Shown: piece after piece, positions 38,805-48,249 of the stretch
How positions within the stretch are numbered: position 1 is the first letter of the stretch
Layout of the letters: each line of letters starts with the position of its first letter
NCBI GenBank assembly: GCA_964476905.1
Contig: CAYZHX010000001.1
Span: 16,712-80,711, forward strand
DNA: 64,000 bases
DNA from: an uncultured Terriglobales bacterium
Lineage (GTDB): Bacteria > Acidobacteriota > Terriglobia > Terriglobales > Acidobacteriaceae
Reading direction: 5' to 3'
Translations under genes and position numbers: made by a program
The notes under the pieces: model-generated
Told to the model about the DNA's origin: nothing
Database searches by the model: none
Seen by the model: the letters and a program-made list of their open reading frames with translations, nothing else

Positions 38805-40334
38805 ATGCCACAGTTATTCAAAAAGATTCTGATCGCCAACCGCGGCGAAATCGCTGTGCGCGTCATTCGCGCCTGTCGCGAGCTTGGCATCCCGGCAGTG
38901 GCAGTCTTCTCCGATGTCGATCGCGCAGCTCTGCACGTGATGAAAGCCGACGAGGCTTATCACATCGGACCGGCGGCTGCCCGCGACTCATACCTCAACA
39001 TTGAACGCATCATTGACGTCGCGCGCCGCAGCGGGGCAGACGCGATCCATCCGGGCTACGGTTTTCTATCTGAGAACGCGCAATTCGCCCAAGCGTGCGC
39101 AGACGCGGAAGTGAAGTTCATCGGACCTCCACCTTCTGCCATGGAAGCAATGGGCTCAAAAACACGAGCCCGCGAGGCGGCCGACCGCGCTGGTCTACCG
39201 CGCGTTCCCGGATCGGTTCGTGCGCTGGATTCGCTCGCGGATGCTGAGCAGGTTGCGGAGCAAGTTGGATACCCGGTGATGCTGAAGGCAGCAGCCGGCG
39301 GCGGAGGCAAGGGCATGCGGCGCGTGAATGCTCGCGACGAACTCGCCTCCGCCTTCGCGTCAGCAAAGAGCGAGGCCTTACGCGCTTTTGGTAATGACGA
39401 CGTTTACATCGAGAAGCTGATCGTCGATCCACGCCACATTGAAATTCAAGTGCTTGGGGACGAGCACGGCAACATGGTTTATCTCGGCGAGCGCGAGTGT
39501 TCGGTACAGCGGCGCCATCAAAAAGTGATCGAAGAGGCGCCTTCTGCGGTGGTGGATGCAGCCATGCGGCAGGCCATGGGCGAAACCGCGGTCGCTCTCG
39601 CGCGCACCGCGGGTTATTTCAATGCGGGAACAGTGGAGTTCCTTGTCGACCGCAACAAGAGCTTCTACTTCTTGGAGATGAACACCCGCCTTCAGGTCGA
39701 ACACCCCGTTACGGAACTAGTCACTGGCCTGGATCTCGTTCACCTGCAGATTCTCATTGCCGCCGGAGCAGAGCTACCGTTCTCTCAGAGCGAGCTGCAA
39801 CTGCGGGGAAACGCTATCGAGGTGCGAGTTTACGCGGAAGATCCAGACAACAACTTCTTTCCCAGTCCAGGAAAAATTACGCGCCTGTTGACACCTTCTG
39901 GCCCTGGCATTCGCGAAGACAGTGGCATCTACGAGGGCTGGACGGTTCCTCTAGACTACGACCCTATGCTCTCGAAACTGATCGCCTACGCTCCGACTCG
40001 CGAGCAGGCGATTCGACGTTTGCGTCGCGCGCTCGATGAGTATTTTGTTGGCGGAATTGCTACGAATCTTGGCCTTTTTCGTGACATCCTCGACGATCCT
40101 GATTTCTGTGCTGCGCGCATACACACTGGGTATCTGGATCGCCGGCTGTCGTCTCGCACCCCCGCCTTTTGCAACAATGGTGCGGGAGAGAAGATTGCCG
40201 CTATCGCCGCTGCTCTCCTCCAATCGGCTAAGAACGGCAATGGGGACCGCGTAAACCGTCATGGAAACGGAGGGACTGTGACGGTACCCAAGTGGAAGAA
40301 CGTCGCGCGTCAGGAGGCGTTGCGCGACCGATGA
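38805..40334 (+). CDS. biotin carboxylase subunit (acetyl/propionyl-CoA or pyruvate carboxylase type, about 509 aa)
   Basis: ORF trimmed to ATG 38805 (MPQLFKKILIANRGEIAVRVIRA). ATP-grasp motifs GYPVMLKAAAGGGGKGMR and EMNTRLQVEHPVTE. About 60-aa C-terminal extension. Confidence 0.9.
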   Translation: MPQLFKKILIANRGEIAVRVIRACRELGIPAVAVFSDVDRAALHVMKADEAYHIGPAAARDSYLNIERIIDVARRSGADAIHPGYGFLSENAQFAQACADAEVKFIGPPPSAMEAMGSKTRAREAADRAGLPRVPGSVRALDSLADAEQVAEQVGYPVMLKAAAGGGGKGMRRVNARDELASAFASAKSEALRAFGNDDVYIEKLIVDPRHIEIQVLGDEHGNMVYLGERECSVQRRHQKVIEEAPSAVVDAAMRQAMGETAVALARTAGYFNAGTVEFLVDRNKSFYFLEMNTRLQVEHPVTELVTGLDLVHLQILIAAGAELPFSQSELQLRGNAIEVRVYAEDPDNNFFPSPGKITRLLTPSGPGIREDSGIYEGWTVPLDYDPMLSKLIAYAPTREQAIRRLRRALDEYFVGGIATNLGLFRDILDDPDFCAARIHTGYLDRRLSSRTPAFCNNGAGEKIAAIAAALLQSAKNGNGDRVNRHGNGGTVTVPKWKNVARQEALRDR

Positions 40335-40825
40335 TTTTCGACGTTACGGTAAACGGCCGCGATCACCGCGTCGAGCTCGAACCGCAGGAGAATGGGAATT
40401 GGCTCTGTAAGGTGGACGGCGAGCCCATCACAGTAAATGCCCTGGCCACGGCGAGCGGAGTCATCTCGATGCTCATCGCGGGACAATCGTATGAAGTGGT
40501 ACTCAATTCTGCACAGCAGCAGATCGTAGTCGGACGAGACCGCTATGCGGTAGAAATACGCGATCCGCGCTCCTGGCGTTCGCGTAGAGCTCGCGCCGGG
40601 GCTGGTGAAGGTCCAAGGAAAATCGTTGCGCCGATGCCGGGAAAAGTCGTACGCGTGATTGCAGCGGAAGGCTCCGAAGTCGAGCAGGGCACCAGCGTTG
40701 TTGTCATCGAGGCCATGAAGATGCAGAACGAACTCAAGTCGCCCAAAAAGGGTAGGGTGGCGAAGCTGATTGCAGTAGAAGGCGCAGCAGTGAACGCCGG
40801 CGATGTACTTGCTGTAATCGAGTAA
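40331..40825 (+). CDS. biotin carboxyl carrier (biotinyl/lipoyl domain) protein
   Basis: ATG 40331 overlaps the upstream stop (ATGA). Biotinylation motif VIEAMKMQNEL near the C-terminus. Confidence 0.85.
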   Translation: MIFDVTVNGRDHRVELEPQENGNWLCKVDGEPITVNALATASGVISMLIAGQSYEVVLNSAQQQIVVGRDRYAVEIRDPRSWRSRRARAGAGEGPRKIVAPMPGKVVRVIAAEGSEVEQGTSVVVIEAMKMQNELKSPKKGRVAKLIAVEGAAVNAGDVLAVIE

Positions 40826-40833
40826 AGCCTGGG

Positions 40834-41778
40834 TCAGGCTTCGACCTGCAAACCTCCGATCAACTCCTTAATGTCCTTGATGCGATGCTCCAAGCACCAA
40901 CGATAGACTTGATCCACGATATTCTCAGTCGCGCAAGGATCGAAGTAGCTCGCGGTTCCCACCTGCACCGCAGCAGCGCCCGCAAGTAAAAATTCGATCA
41001 CGTCGCTACCGCTGCTGATTCCTCCCATTCCTATTACGGGAATGTTCACGGTCCGCGCTGCCTCGTACACCATCCTGAGCGCGATCGGCTTAATCGCTGG
41101 TCCGGAAAGGCCGGCAGTGAGATTGGAAATCCTTGGCTTACGGGTTTCTGCATCAATCGCTAAAGCAATAAACGTGTTGACTAAAGAAAGCGCGTCGGCT
41201 CCGGATTCCTCTGCGACTCGCGCCATCATGGGAATGCTCGTCACGTTCGGTGAAAGCTTCACGATTATCGGGCGTCGCGCATGTTGTTTACATGTCGAAA
41301 CGACTTCTTCGAGCATATGCGGATCACTACCAAAGCTGATTCCGCCCTGCTTCGTGTTCGGACACGACACGTTCAACTCATAGGCTGCGATGCCCTCGCC
41401 TTCATTCAAAGTACGAATCACCGATTCGTAGTCCTCGCGCGAGTGGCCGAATACATTGGCGATCACGACCACATTCTTTTTCCGCGCAAGGATCGGCAGC
41501 TTGTCACGAAGGAAGGCCTCTGCTCCGATGTTCTGCAGGCCAATGGCATTCAACATTCCCGCAGCAGTCTCAAACATACGCGGTGGAGGATTGCCGGCCA
41601 TCGGCTCGGGCGAAAGCCCTTTCACGACAAATCCGCCGAGCTTCTCGAGTGTAACGATGTCTTCGAATTCGACGCCGTACCCGAATGTTCCGCTGGCAGC
41701 AATGATGGGATTCTTAAAGTGAATGCCGCAGAAATTGATGCTCAGGTCCGGCCCTGTGCCTTGGTTGGGGGAGTTCAT
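40834..41778 (-). CDS. pyrD: dihydroorotate dehydrogenase, class 1 catalytic subunit
   Basis: FKNPIIAASGTFGYG, active-site context NVSCPNTKQGG, GMGGISSGSD. Confidence 0.9.
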   Translation of the reverse strand: MNSPNQGTGPDLSINFCGIHFKNPIIAASGTFGYGVEFEDIVTLEKLGGFVVKGLSPEPMAGNPPPRMFETAAGMLNAIGLQNIGAEAFLRDKLPILARKKNVVVIANVFGHSREDYESVIRTLNEGEGIAAYELNVSCPNTKQGGISFGSDPHMLEEVVSTCKQHARRPIIVKLSPNVTSIPMMARVAEESGADALSLVNTFIALAIDAETRKPRISNLTAGLSGPAIKPIALRMVYEAARTVNIPVIGMGGISSGSDVIEFLLAGAAAVQVGTASYFDPCATENIVDQVYRWCLEHRIKDIKELIGGLQVEA

Positions 41779-41904
41779 CTACTGCGATTTAATCATGGAG
41801 CGCCGAACGCTGCGAACACAAACATAAAAGCGCACGTGTTCCCTTAGGTGCTGCCCTTCAGTGCGTAGTAAGTTCCATGGCAATCAGCTGGTAGTATTTC
41901 CGCC

Positions 41905-42756
41905 ATGCTATCGCGTCGAAAGTTTCTGGCTGCCGGTATCGGGGGACTCGCTTCAGTCATTGCTGCGCGTAGAGGCTTTGCCGCGAGGGGCCGCACACTC
42001 GGCGTTCAGCTGTATACAGTCCGTAAGCAGGCCGAGTCCGATTTGCCTGGAGTCCTGAAGCAAATTCGAGCGATCGGCTACGACGAGGTTGAGACTTATT
42101 GGAATGTCTATACACACCGAGCAAAAGAGCTGAGAACGATGATCACAGACGCTGGACTGAAAGTTCCCAGCGGCCACTTCGATTATGCCGGGCTTCCCGA
42201 CAAGCTCGATTACGCGCGCGAACTCGGAGTCGGTTATGTGGTGTGTCCAATGCTTCCCGAGAACATGCGGGATTCAGTGGAGGACTTCGCCCGCGCTGCC
42301 GAGAACTTCAATAAATGGGGAGAGCGCGCGAAGAGTATGGGCATGCGCTTCGGTTTCCATAATCACAATTACGAATTTCGCAAATTGGGCCAGACCACCG
42401 GCTTTGACGCGCTGGTTGCTGAGACGGATCCCAAATTGGTCTGCTTCGAAATGGACTGCTACTGGATCACCCAGGCAGGCCAGGATCCAATCGCGATGTT
42501 GCAACGATTAGCGCGGCGCATTCGACTGCTTCATCTCAAGGACCGCAAGCCAGGATTTCCACCTTCACAGCAGCTCAATACAGCAGCTGAGCACTTTACC
42601 GAGGTGGGAAACGGGAGCATCGATTGGAAAAAAGTTCTGGATGCGGCGCAGAAGAATGGCGTCGAGCATTACTTCGTCGAGCAGGACGAGAGCGAGCGTC
42701 CGCCGATCGAAAGTTTGAAGATCAGCTACAACAACATTGAAGCACTGCCGTCGTGA
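41905..42756 (+). CDS. sugar phosphate isomerase/epimerase (xylose-isomerase-like TIM barrel) with Tat-like signal
   Basis: N-terminal SRRKFLAAGIGGLASVIAARRGFA. TIM-barrel family pattern (GYDEVE, FGFHNH, HLKD, EQD). Confidence 0.7.
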   Translation: MLSRRKFLAAGIGGLASVIAARRGFAARGRTLGVQLYTVRKQAESDLPGVLKQIRAIGYDEVETYWNVYTHRAKELRTMITDAGLKVPSGHFDYAGLPDKLDYARELGVGYVVCPMLPENMRDSVEDFARAAENFNKWGERAKSMGMRFGFHNHNYEFRKLGQTTGFDALVAETDPKLVCFEMDCYWITQAGQDPIAMLQRLARRIRLLHLKDRKPGFPPSQQLNTAAEHFTEVGNGSIDWKKVLDAAQKNGVEHYFVEQDESERPPIESLKISYNNIEALPS

Positions 42757-42780
42757 GCTCTATGGCAAGAATTGTGCGCA

Positions 42781-43992
42781 TTAATTGCCCTGGGCTGCCG
42801 CGTCAAGAAGATCGAAAGTTGCACTGCGATTATCGCCCTCGATCTTTCTAGCGGCAGCTTCGTAGGCTGAGTTGTTATAGGCCCGGCTGGCTTCGAGAAG
42901 CGGCTGAACCAAATCGCGAGCGCCAAGGCCCCCCAATTGCTTGTATGGCCATGGTTTCTCGCCCAGCGCATACGGAACCAAATAGTCGAGAGCCGCACGG
43001 ATACTCCGACCGTCCTTGGTCTTGAAATTCCAGAGATCCACTCCAACATGCTCTCCTAGAATCGCCAACTCAGTTAATGCGCGTAGATTGAAGCAGCTAT
43101 AACCAAATGAGCGTGTGCGAGCCAGTTCGAGCGGCTGCTTGCCATCGGGCTCGATCTGAGTGGCGATGCGCTTCAGCTCAGCCGTAGTCAGAATCTGCTT
43201 CGCCAGTTCATCGCGCCCAAGGAAAAGCGCATATTCAGCGGTCTGGACGTCGTAGAAGGAACCGTGATTGTTCTTCGCGTTGGATTCATCCCTGCCATTC
43301 TTGCTCGTGCGCAGCCAGTCGAAAAAAGCCGCGAACCACAGCTCCATTCCTTTCTGGTCGGCTTCGCTCCAATTTTTCGATCCACTCAGCAACCCCATAG
43401 CATCGATGACTTCAGTGAGGCTGTGGCTGTCGATAATCCCGATGCCTCGTCCGGTCGTAATACCCCGAATACCCTGAGCATATTCTAGGTTTGGGTTCAT
43501 TTTGGTACTCGGGTCGAGAAACCAGGTCCGTAGCAGAAGCTCAGCTCGCGCGGCGTAGTCTTCATTTCCAGTGAAGTAGTAGCCGAGAGCGAGAGCGTGC
43601 ACCGAGGTAGCCATCTTGCCCATCTCATCGTGATCGGAGATGCCCTTGATCTCTGGATTGCGCTCGCCGTCGCGGCGCACATATGGCAGATGATTGGGCG
43701 TATCTGGATTCGGCCAGAAGTACGGAGCGAGGCTCATATAGTCGTGCTTATCGCCGCTGGGAGGCGTGGCGTTCTTATGCATCACGGAAAACGGGCCGGC
43801 ACTCATTGCTTTGTCCGCTTCCGCGCGAACGTCGGTTAGAGCTGCGCGGAAATTTGTCTGGGTGTCTTTGATCTCTCGCTGGTGTTGAAGAACGTTTGCA
43901 TCGAGGAGAAAGACACGGGGCGAATCGTGTGCCGGCGCTGCGTGCGAGCCGAGCAGGAGAAAGAAGAACAATGAAAGGATATGCATTCCCAC
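42781..43992 (-). CDS. secreted alginate-lyase-family (PL5-like alpha/alpha toroid) protein
   Basis: Signal peptide. NNHGSFY resembles the AlgL NNHSYW motif. All-helical composition. Confidence 0.5.
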   Translation of the reverse strand: MGMHILSLFFFLLLGSHAAPAHDSPRVFLLDANVLQHQREIKDTQTNFRAALTDVRAEADKAMSAGPFSVMHKNATPPSGDKHDYMSLAPYFWPNPDTPNHLPYVRRDGERNPEIKGISDHDEMGKMATSVHALALGYYFTGNEDYAARAELLLRTWFLDPSTKMNPNLEYAQGIRGITTGRGIGIIDSHSLTEVIDAMGLLSGSKNWSEADQKGMELWFAAFFDWLRTSKNGRDESNAKNNHGSFYDVQTAEYALFLGRDELAKQILTTAELKRIATQIEPDGKQPLELARTRSFGYSCFNLRALTELAILGEHVGVDLWNFKTKDGRSIRAALDYLVPYALGEKPWPYKQLGGLGARDLVQPLLEASRAYNNSAYEAAARKIEGDNRSATFDLLDAAAQGN

Positions 43993-44073
43993 GTGTTCTC
44001 AACTTCCAGAAGTTTGCAAGAGTAGAAGACTAGAGTCGCTGGTCATCGACCTGCTGGGGAGGTTCCTCAGCAG

Positions 44074-44451
44074 TCATGTGTGGAGCTCGCAGCTGCCTCC
44101 AACCCTATAACGATTGCGCGCAAGCACCGGATACAGTTTGCGCAAAATCCAAGGCATGGGAGGAACGGACATGATAACGCCAACTAAGAACATCAAGGGC
44201 ATTCGAAGAAAGACTTCACGAAACCCATCGCTGCCCGTGTAGGTTCTACCGTCGGGGAATACCAGGTGCATTGCCTTCTCACATTCCTCCATTTTCAAAT
44301 GGGGAAACCGGACGAGAAGGTCTTCAGTCTGGTACGGGATAGCATCGAACTTCTTAAGCGTGTCCAGCCGATACAGCCACTTCAGATTCCCTGCGCAGAT
44401 TCCGCAGGTTCCGTCGTAGATAACCGTCGGTTTTCTGGAGGTCCCTGTCAT
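44074..44451 (-). CDS. DCC-family thiol-disulfide oxidoreductase (DUF393)
   Basis: N-terminal VIYDGTCGICAGNLKWL, the DxxCxxC signature. Confidence 0.75.
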   Translation of the reverse strand: MTGTSRKPTVIYDGTCGICAGNLKWLYRLDTLKKFDAIPYQTEDLLVRFPHLKMEECEKAMHLVFPDGRTYTGSDGFREVFLRMPLMFLVGVIMSVPPMPWILRKLYPVLARNRYRVGGSCELHT

Positions 44452-44536
44452 ACCGCTTTGATTTTATTCGAAAGGCTCACTTTCGATCGGCATTACGCAT
44501 CGCCCGACTCCTGTACCTGCTGTTCTGGGATGTAGA

Positions 44537-47500
44537 TCAGGCAACAAAGTACTTGGCCCCCGGATGATGCACGATCACCGCCGACGTCGACTGCTCAGGT
44601 TCAATTTGGAACGTGTCGGTCAATGTAACCCCGATGTCCTCCGGATGCAGAATCGCGAACAGCTTTGTCTGGTCTTCCAAATTGGGACAAGCTGGATATC
44701 CGAACGAGTAGCGCGAGCCACGATACTTCTGATGAAAGAGATCGGTGATGCGTGGCGAATCATCACCGCCAATGCCCAACTCGCGGCGAATCTCGCGGTG
44801 CACGTACTCGGCGAGCGCCTCGGCGGTCTCTACGCTGAGTCCGTGCAGGTACAAATAGCGAGTGTAATCTCCGCTCTCGAAGAGTCGTTTCGTTTCTTCG
44901 CTGGCTCGGCTTCCAACGGTGACGACTGAGAAGCCAATGACATCGACTTTTCCGGAGCCTACCGGTTCAAAGAAATCTGAGATACACAGCTTGCGGCCTT
45001 CTCGTTGACGAGGAAAAGTGAAGCGCTGGATCTCGCGCAGAGTCTCGAACGTGTCATACACAATGACATCGTTGCCCTGGCTGTTGCAGGGATAGAAGCC
45101 GTAAACAGTCTTAGGCTCAAGCAAACCGGCCGCGATGACTTCTTGCTGCAGCTTCTCATTGATAGGCCGATATTTTTCTTCGACCAATCTGGCGTAGTCA
45201 GTTGCCGACGCCGTCTTGAGCTGCCATTGGTTTTTGAACAGAGCAGTCTCGTTCACGTACTCGAAAACCTCGCTCAGATCGAAGTCCGTGCGAACGCGGC
45301 GTCCTACAAACGGAGGCTTTGGGATATTCGGCGCGCTCGTGACTACTGCAGAACGTTCGGTCGAAACCTCACCACCATCCGCGCTGGCCACTGCCGCACG
45401 TGCAAATTGCTTGACCACACGTCCTTCCTGGAGGCGAGCTTCGCGCGCACCGTTCTCCGACGTGAGATCGTCCATAATGTGAAGCCCTGCAAACGCATCG
45501 TCCGCGTAAAATACAGAGCTCGAATACTCGCGCCGCAGATCATCTTCGACGTACTTGCGGGTGAGCGCTGCGCCACCGCAGATCACGGGATAGCCCAGGT
45601 TCATGCGCTGCAGGTCCTGAATCACATACTTCATCTCCAACGTGGACTTTACTAAGAGCCCGCTGAGTCCGATCGCGTGAGCATTGTGTTTCTGCGCGGC
45701 ATCGATGATCGAGTCTGCTGGCTGTTTAATCCCGAGATTAACCACCTCATACCCGTTGTTGCTGAGGATTATGTCCACCAAGTTCTTCCCGATATCATGG
45801 ACATCCCCCTTGACCGTTGCGAGCACAATCGTCCCTTTTCGTGAGCCCTCGACTTTTTCCATTTTGGGCTCCAGATAGCCGACGGCCTGCTTCATTACCG
45901 CCGCCGAATCGAGCACAGATGGTAGCTGCATCTTGCGCGCGCCGAAGAGTTCACCGACGGTCTTCATGCCGTCGAGCAGCACGGTATTGATGAGATCGAG
46001 TGGCTTGTAGCGCTGAAGAGCGTCCTCGAGAATCGCTTCAAGCGGCTGCTTTTTGCCTCCACTGCCGATGGCCTTCTCGCCGTTGATGATGCAGTGCTTG
46101 AGCTTGTCCTCGACGGAAAGAGCGCTGAAGTCTTCCGTTTCTGCATCGGTCTTCTTGCTCACGCCGGAAAAAAACGCCATGTACGCCTGGAGCGGATCGC
46201 CTTGGCTCACGTCTCGAAAGATCAGCCGACGCGCGACGTCAACTTCGGGCTCGGGAATTTTGTACAGTGGATATATCTTCGAGTAGTTGACGATCGCGCA
46301 ATCGAGTCCGCGATCGACTGCTTCGCGCAGGAAGACGCTGTTGAGCACCCGGCGGGAATACGTCGCGAGCCCGAAGGAGATGTTGCTTACTCCCAAAATG
46401 GTCCGGCACTCGGGGAGCTCCTGCTTGATGCGGCGCACCGCTTCGAGAGTTTCGATCCCCGCAGTCCTGTACTCTTCCTGTCCGGTCGATATGGGCAGGG
46501 TCAACGGATCGAAGATCAGATCGACCGGCTTGATGCCGTACTTCTCTGTTGCGAGCTGGTGGATGCGCTTGGCAACGGCGACTTTTTTGTCGGCGGTGAG
46601 GGCCATGCCATCTTCGTCGATGGTGAGCGCGATCACAGCAGCGCCATAACGCTTCGCCATCGGCAAAACCTTGGCCGTGCGCTTCTCGCCATCTTCGAGG
46701 TTGATCGAATTGATAATTGCCTTCCCGGGAATTCGCTTCAACGCAACCTCGATGACGTCGGCTTCAGTGGAATCGACGAGGATCGGCGCAGGCACGCGCG
46801 TCGCAATCTTCTCGAGAATCGAGCTCATATAGCCCTTCTCGTCTTCGCCGACAATGGCGCAGCACAGATCGAGCATGTGAGAGCCTTCGGCAACGAGCTT
46901 CTTCGAGAGCGCGAGGATATCGTCGTACTTGGCCGCGCGCACGAGATTGCGGAAGTGCTCGACGCGAGTGGTTGTGTTCATCTCCTCGGCCACGACTACC
47001 GGCTGACCGTCGAGTTCGAGGGGAATGGATGTGTAAGCGCTGGACGCTTCCGAGCGCGGCTTCACGCTGCGCGAAGCCGGCTTGAGTGCGGCGCATGCCT
47101 GCACGACAGCTTCGATGTGTTTCGGCGTTGTCCCACAGCATCCGCCAACAACGTGAACGCCATACTCTTCGATAAAGCGTTTGTGATAATCCGCCAGCTC
47201 TTGCGGGGTGAGCTTGTAAACCGCTCGTCCACCTTCATTGTGGGGCAATCCGGCATTCGGCAATACCGACACGTGCTTCGAGGTGTTGTGGCACAGGTAG
47301 CGCACAGAGTCGTTCATCTCGCGCGGACCAGTCGCGCAGTTCAGGCCAACGATGTCGACGTCATACACATCGAGGATCGCCAGCGCGGCGCTAATCTCGG
47401 TCCCGAGCAGCATGGTTCCCGATTCCTGCAGTGTGACTTGCGCCTGCACCGGCACACGCTTGCCGGTCGCGGCCATTGCGTCAAACGCCGCAGCAATAGA

Positions 47501-48040
47501 GATCTTTGTCTGCAGAATGTCCTGCGAGGTTTCGATCAAAATGACGTCGACCCCCGCTTCAAGCAGCGCCTTCATCTGCTCGACATAGGAAGCAAGCATC
47601 TCGTCGAAGCCGATATGAGCAAGCGACGGCAGCTTAGTCGTTGGGCCAACCGACCCGGCGACAAAGCGCGGCTTCGCCGGCGTCGAGAATTCCTGGGCCG
47701 CTTCGCGTGCGAGCTTCACCGCGGCGTGGTTGATCTCCGCGACGCGACTCTCCAGCCCGAATTCGCCGAGCACAATTCCCGTTGCACCGAAGGTATTGGT
47801 CTCGACCACATCCGCGCCGATTCGGAGATATTGGCGGTGGATGTCGCGTATCATTTCGGGACGACTTAGATTCAGGACTTCGCTGCAGTTTTCCTTTCCC
47901 CAGAAGTCATCGAGGGAAGGCCTCATGTCCTGAATGAGCGAGCCCATAGCGCCGTCGTAGATCACGACGCGCTGATTAACGGCTTGTAAGAACGACGATT
48001 CCACGATGGTCCTCAGCACGCGCAAACAACTGGAGTGCAC
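44537..48040 (-). CDS. metH: cobalamin-dependent methionine synthase MetH (full length)
   Basis: Hcy-binding domain (VVGGCCGTTP), pterin-binding domain, B12 motif GDVHDIGKNLV, and a C-terminal AdoMet activation domain. GTG start 48040; an in-frame downstream GTG is also possible. Confidence 0.95.
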   Translation of the reverse strand: MHSSCLRVLRTIVESSFLQAVNQRVVIYDGAMGSLIQDMRPSLDDFWGKENCSEVLNLSRPEMIRDIHRQYLRIGADVVETNTFGATGIVLGEFGLESRVAEINHAAVKLAREAAQEFSTPAKPRFVAGSVGPTTKLPSLAHIGFDEMLASYVEQMKALLEAGVDVILIETSQDILQTKISIAAAFDAMAATGKRVPVQAQVTLQESGTMLLGTEISAALAILDVYDVDIVGLNCATGPREMNDSVRYLCHNTSKHVSVLPNAGLPHNEGGRAVYKLTPQELADYHKRFIEEYGVHVVGGCCGTTPKHIEAVVQACAALKPASRSVKPRSEASSAYTSIPLELDGQPVVVAEEMNTTTRVEHFRNLVRAAKYDDILALSKKLVAEGSHMLDLCCAIVGEDEKGYMSSILEKIATRVPAPILVDSTEADVIEVALKRIPGKAIINSINLEDGEKRTAKVLPMAKRYGAAVIALTIDEDGMALTADKKVAVAKRIHQLATEKYGIKPVDLIFDPLTLPISTGQEEYRTAGIETLEAVRRIKQELPECRTILGVSNISFGLATYSRRVLNSVFLREAVDRGLDCAIVNYSKIYPLYKIPEPEVDVARRLIFRDVSQGDPLQAYMAFFSGVSKKTDAETEDFSALSVEDKLKHCIINGEKAIGSGGKKQPLEAILEDALQRYKPLDLINTVLLDGMKTVGELFGARKMQLPSVLDSAAVMKQAVGYLEPKMEKVEGSRKGTIVLATVKGDVHDIGKNLVDIILSNNGYEVVNLGIKQPADSIIDAAQKHNAHAIGLSGLLVKSTLEMKYVIQDLQRMNLGYPVICGGAALTRKYVEDDLRREYSSSVFYADDAFAGLHIMDDLTSENGAREARLQEGRVVKQFARAAVASADGGEVSTERSAVVTSAPNIPKPPFVGRRVRTDFDLSEVFEYVNETALFKNQWQLKTASATDYARLVEEKYRPINEKLQQEVIAAGLLEPKTVYGFYPCNSQGNDVIVYDTFETLREIQRFTFPRQREGRKLCISDFFEPVGSGKVDVIGFSVVTVGSRASEETKRLFESGDYTRYLYLHGLSVETAEALAEYVHREIRRELGIGGDDSPRITDLFHQKYRGSRYSFGYPACPNLEDQTKLFAILHPEDIGVTLTDTFQIEPEQSTSAVIVHHPGAKYFVA

Positions 48041-48249
48041 GCTTTACTGTTCAGCATTTGTAAACTTTGACGGGGCACCCGTTGAAGTGCCGGACGGAGA
48101 AATTCTCGGGCTACTCGCAGCGCATTCGCATTCGACGATTAATCACGCGGAAATCCGTCCTAACTCAACTCTTGGGCAGGCCGATTGTTGAGGACAAGCT
48201 CAATTCTACAGCCGACTAAAGCAGAGTTCAACGTTAGAGGCTCGCATAA

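Noticed and set aside
46094-47869. 591-aa ORF on the plus strand inside metH
   Set aside because: It is fully antisense to a confidently identified metH and has an Arg/Leu/Gly-rich composition typical of shadow ORFs in GC-rich DNA. No motifs.
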